Source of the DNA: an uncultured virus (IMG/VR IMGVR_UViG_3300025121_000022)
Lineage: Duplodnaviria > Heunggongvirae > Uroviricota > Caudoviricetes
IMG/VR virus record: IMGVR_UViG_3300025121_000022
Strand: one strand, 5' to 3'
Length of the DNA stretch: 57,904 nucleotides
Positions 57,568 through 57,904 of this stretch are shown piece by piece (position 1 is the first letter of the stretch; each line of letters starts with the position of its first letter). Made by a program: the position numbers and the translations under genes. A model generated the notes under the pieces. The model was not told the origin of the DNA and ran no database searches. It saw nothing but the letters and a program-made list of their open reading frames with translations.

Positions 57568-57575
57568 CTAATTAG
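57568..57575 (-). promoter_or_regulatory. putative late promoter motif CTAATTAG
   Basis: Intergenic, 18 nt upstream of the ATG at 57549. Confidence 0.5.
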
Positions 57576-57589
57576 GCTTGTGTTATAGT

Positions 57590-57904
57590 TCCCCTTCGAG
57601 ACTTAAACCATGAACCCATTAGTTAACACGGTTGCTCAATTCCTGCCCAAGAGAAAGTTTCGTTTTGGTCGCAAGACCAGAACCAGAGCTTTCTTGGCAG
57701 CAGGCTATCCCCGCCAGGGCGGCGGTTCTAAGATTAATGGCTGCGTTGATGTCTCGGTCGTGGACAACCCCACAAGCCTCACAAACCCATTCTCGGATGG
57801 ACAAGGGCAACGGTCCTTCTCGTCTTGTTCCGCAGTCGGAACACAGCTTGGAAGAAGGGAACCAGCGGTCAGCAACGATGATTTCGCTGCCGGCAAGCGG
57901 AGCC
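57590..57904 (-). mobile_element. second tnpB element copy (right end and 3' part), truncated by the window edge
   Basis: Near-identical reverse complement of 37650-37964; the shared terminus is GTTCATGGTTTAAGTCTCGAAGGGGA. Confidence 0.9.
57619..57904 (-). CDS. tnpB: TnpB C-terminal part (partial, extends beyond window)
   Basis: ...FPSSKLCSDCG...WVCEACGVVHDRDINAAINL... matches copy 1. Confidence 0.9.
   Translation of the reverse strand, partial: APLAGSEIIVADRWFPSSKLCSDCGTRREGPLPLSIREWVCEACGVVHDRDINAAINLRTAALAGIACCQESSGSGLATKTKLSLGQELSNRVN

Noticed and set aside
1..57904. Alternative genetic code (stop reassignment)
   Set aside because: Code 11 gives near-complete coding density, including an 11-kb ORF, and TAA, TAG and TGA all end genes at tight junctions.
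1..57904. tRNA/rRNA genes
   Set aside because: Intergenic gaps are mostly too short and no cloverleaf or T-loop consensus was seen by eye; tRNAscan-SE would be the definitive test.

Overview
This window looks like part of a large, AT-rich, contractile-tailed (myovirus-like, probably jumbo) bacteriophage genome. Genes are densely packed in the standard code and nearly all lie on the minus strand. It contains: (i) a DNA metabolism block (fused SbcD-SbcC/Mre11-Rad50, primase, RuvC-like resolvase, Cas4/RecB-like nuclease, PIN-PhoH); (ii) a baseplate/tail block of about 33 kb (gp6-like and gp25-like wedge proteins, a 3723-aa LamG/FG-GAP protein, a spike-like protein, an M15 peptidase); (iii) a gp55-like sigma factor, with a recurrent intergenic motif CTAATTA(T/G) as candidate late promoter; (iv) two GT4 glycosyltransferases, one with a LAGLIDADG intein; (v) two related GC-rich tnpB elements, one complete and one cut by the window edge. 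The best candidate for an undescribed system is a set of RNA-repair/NAD-related enzymes: CCA-adding enzyme with HD domain, ADP-ribosyltransferase, polynucleotide kinase, and a peptidase + RNA-ligase-like + HIGH-nucleotidyltransferase fusion. Most carry a shared 'IREIVKE.L.E'-type leader or L-x-E linkers, suggesting cargo packaged in the virion and matured by protease (inference). The second candidate is the complete tnpB element. Its ends carry structurally homologous inverted hairpins, and the left hairpin may also bring the Shine-Dalgarno site close to the start codon of the baseplate gene. All product calls come from motif recognition by eye; no database searches were run.
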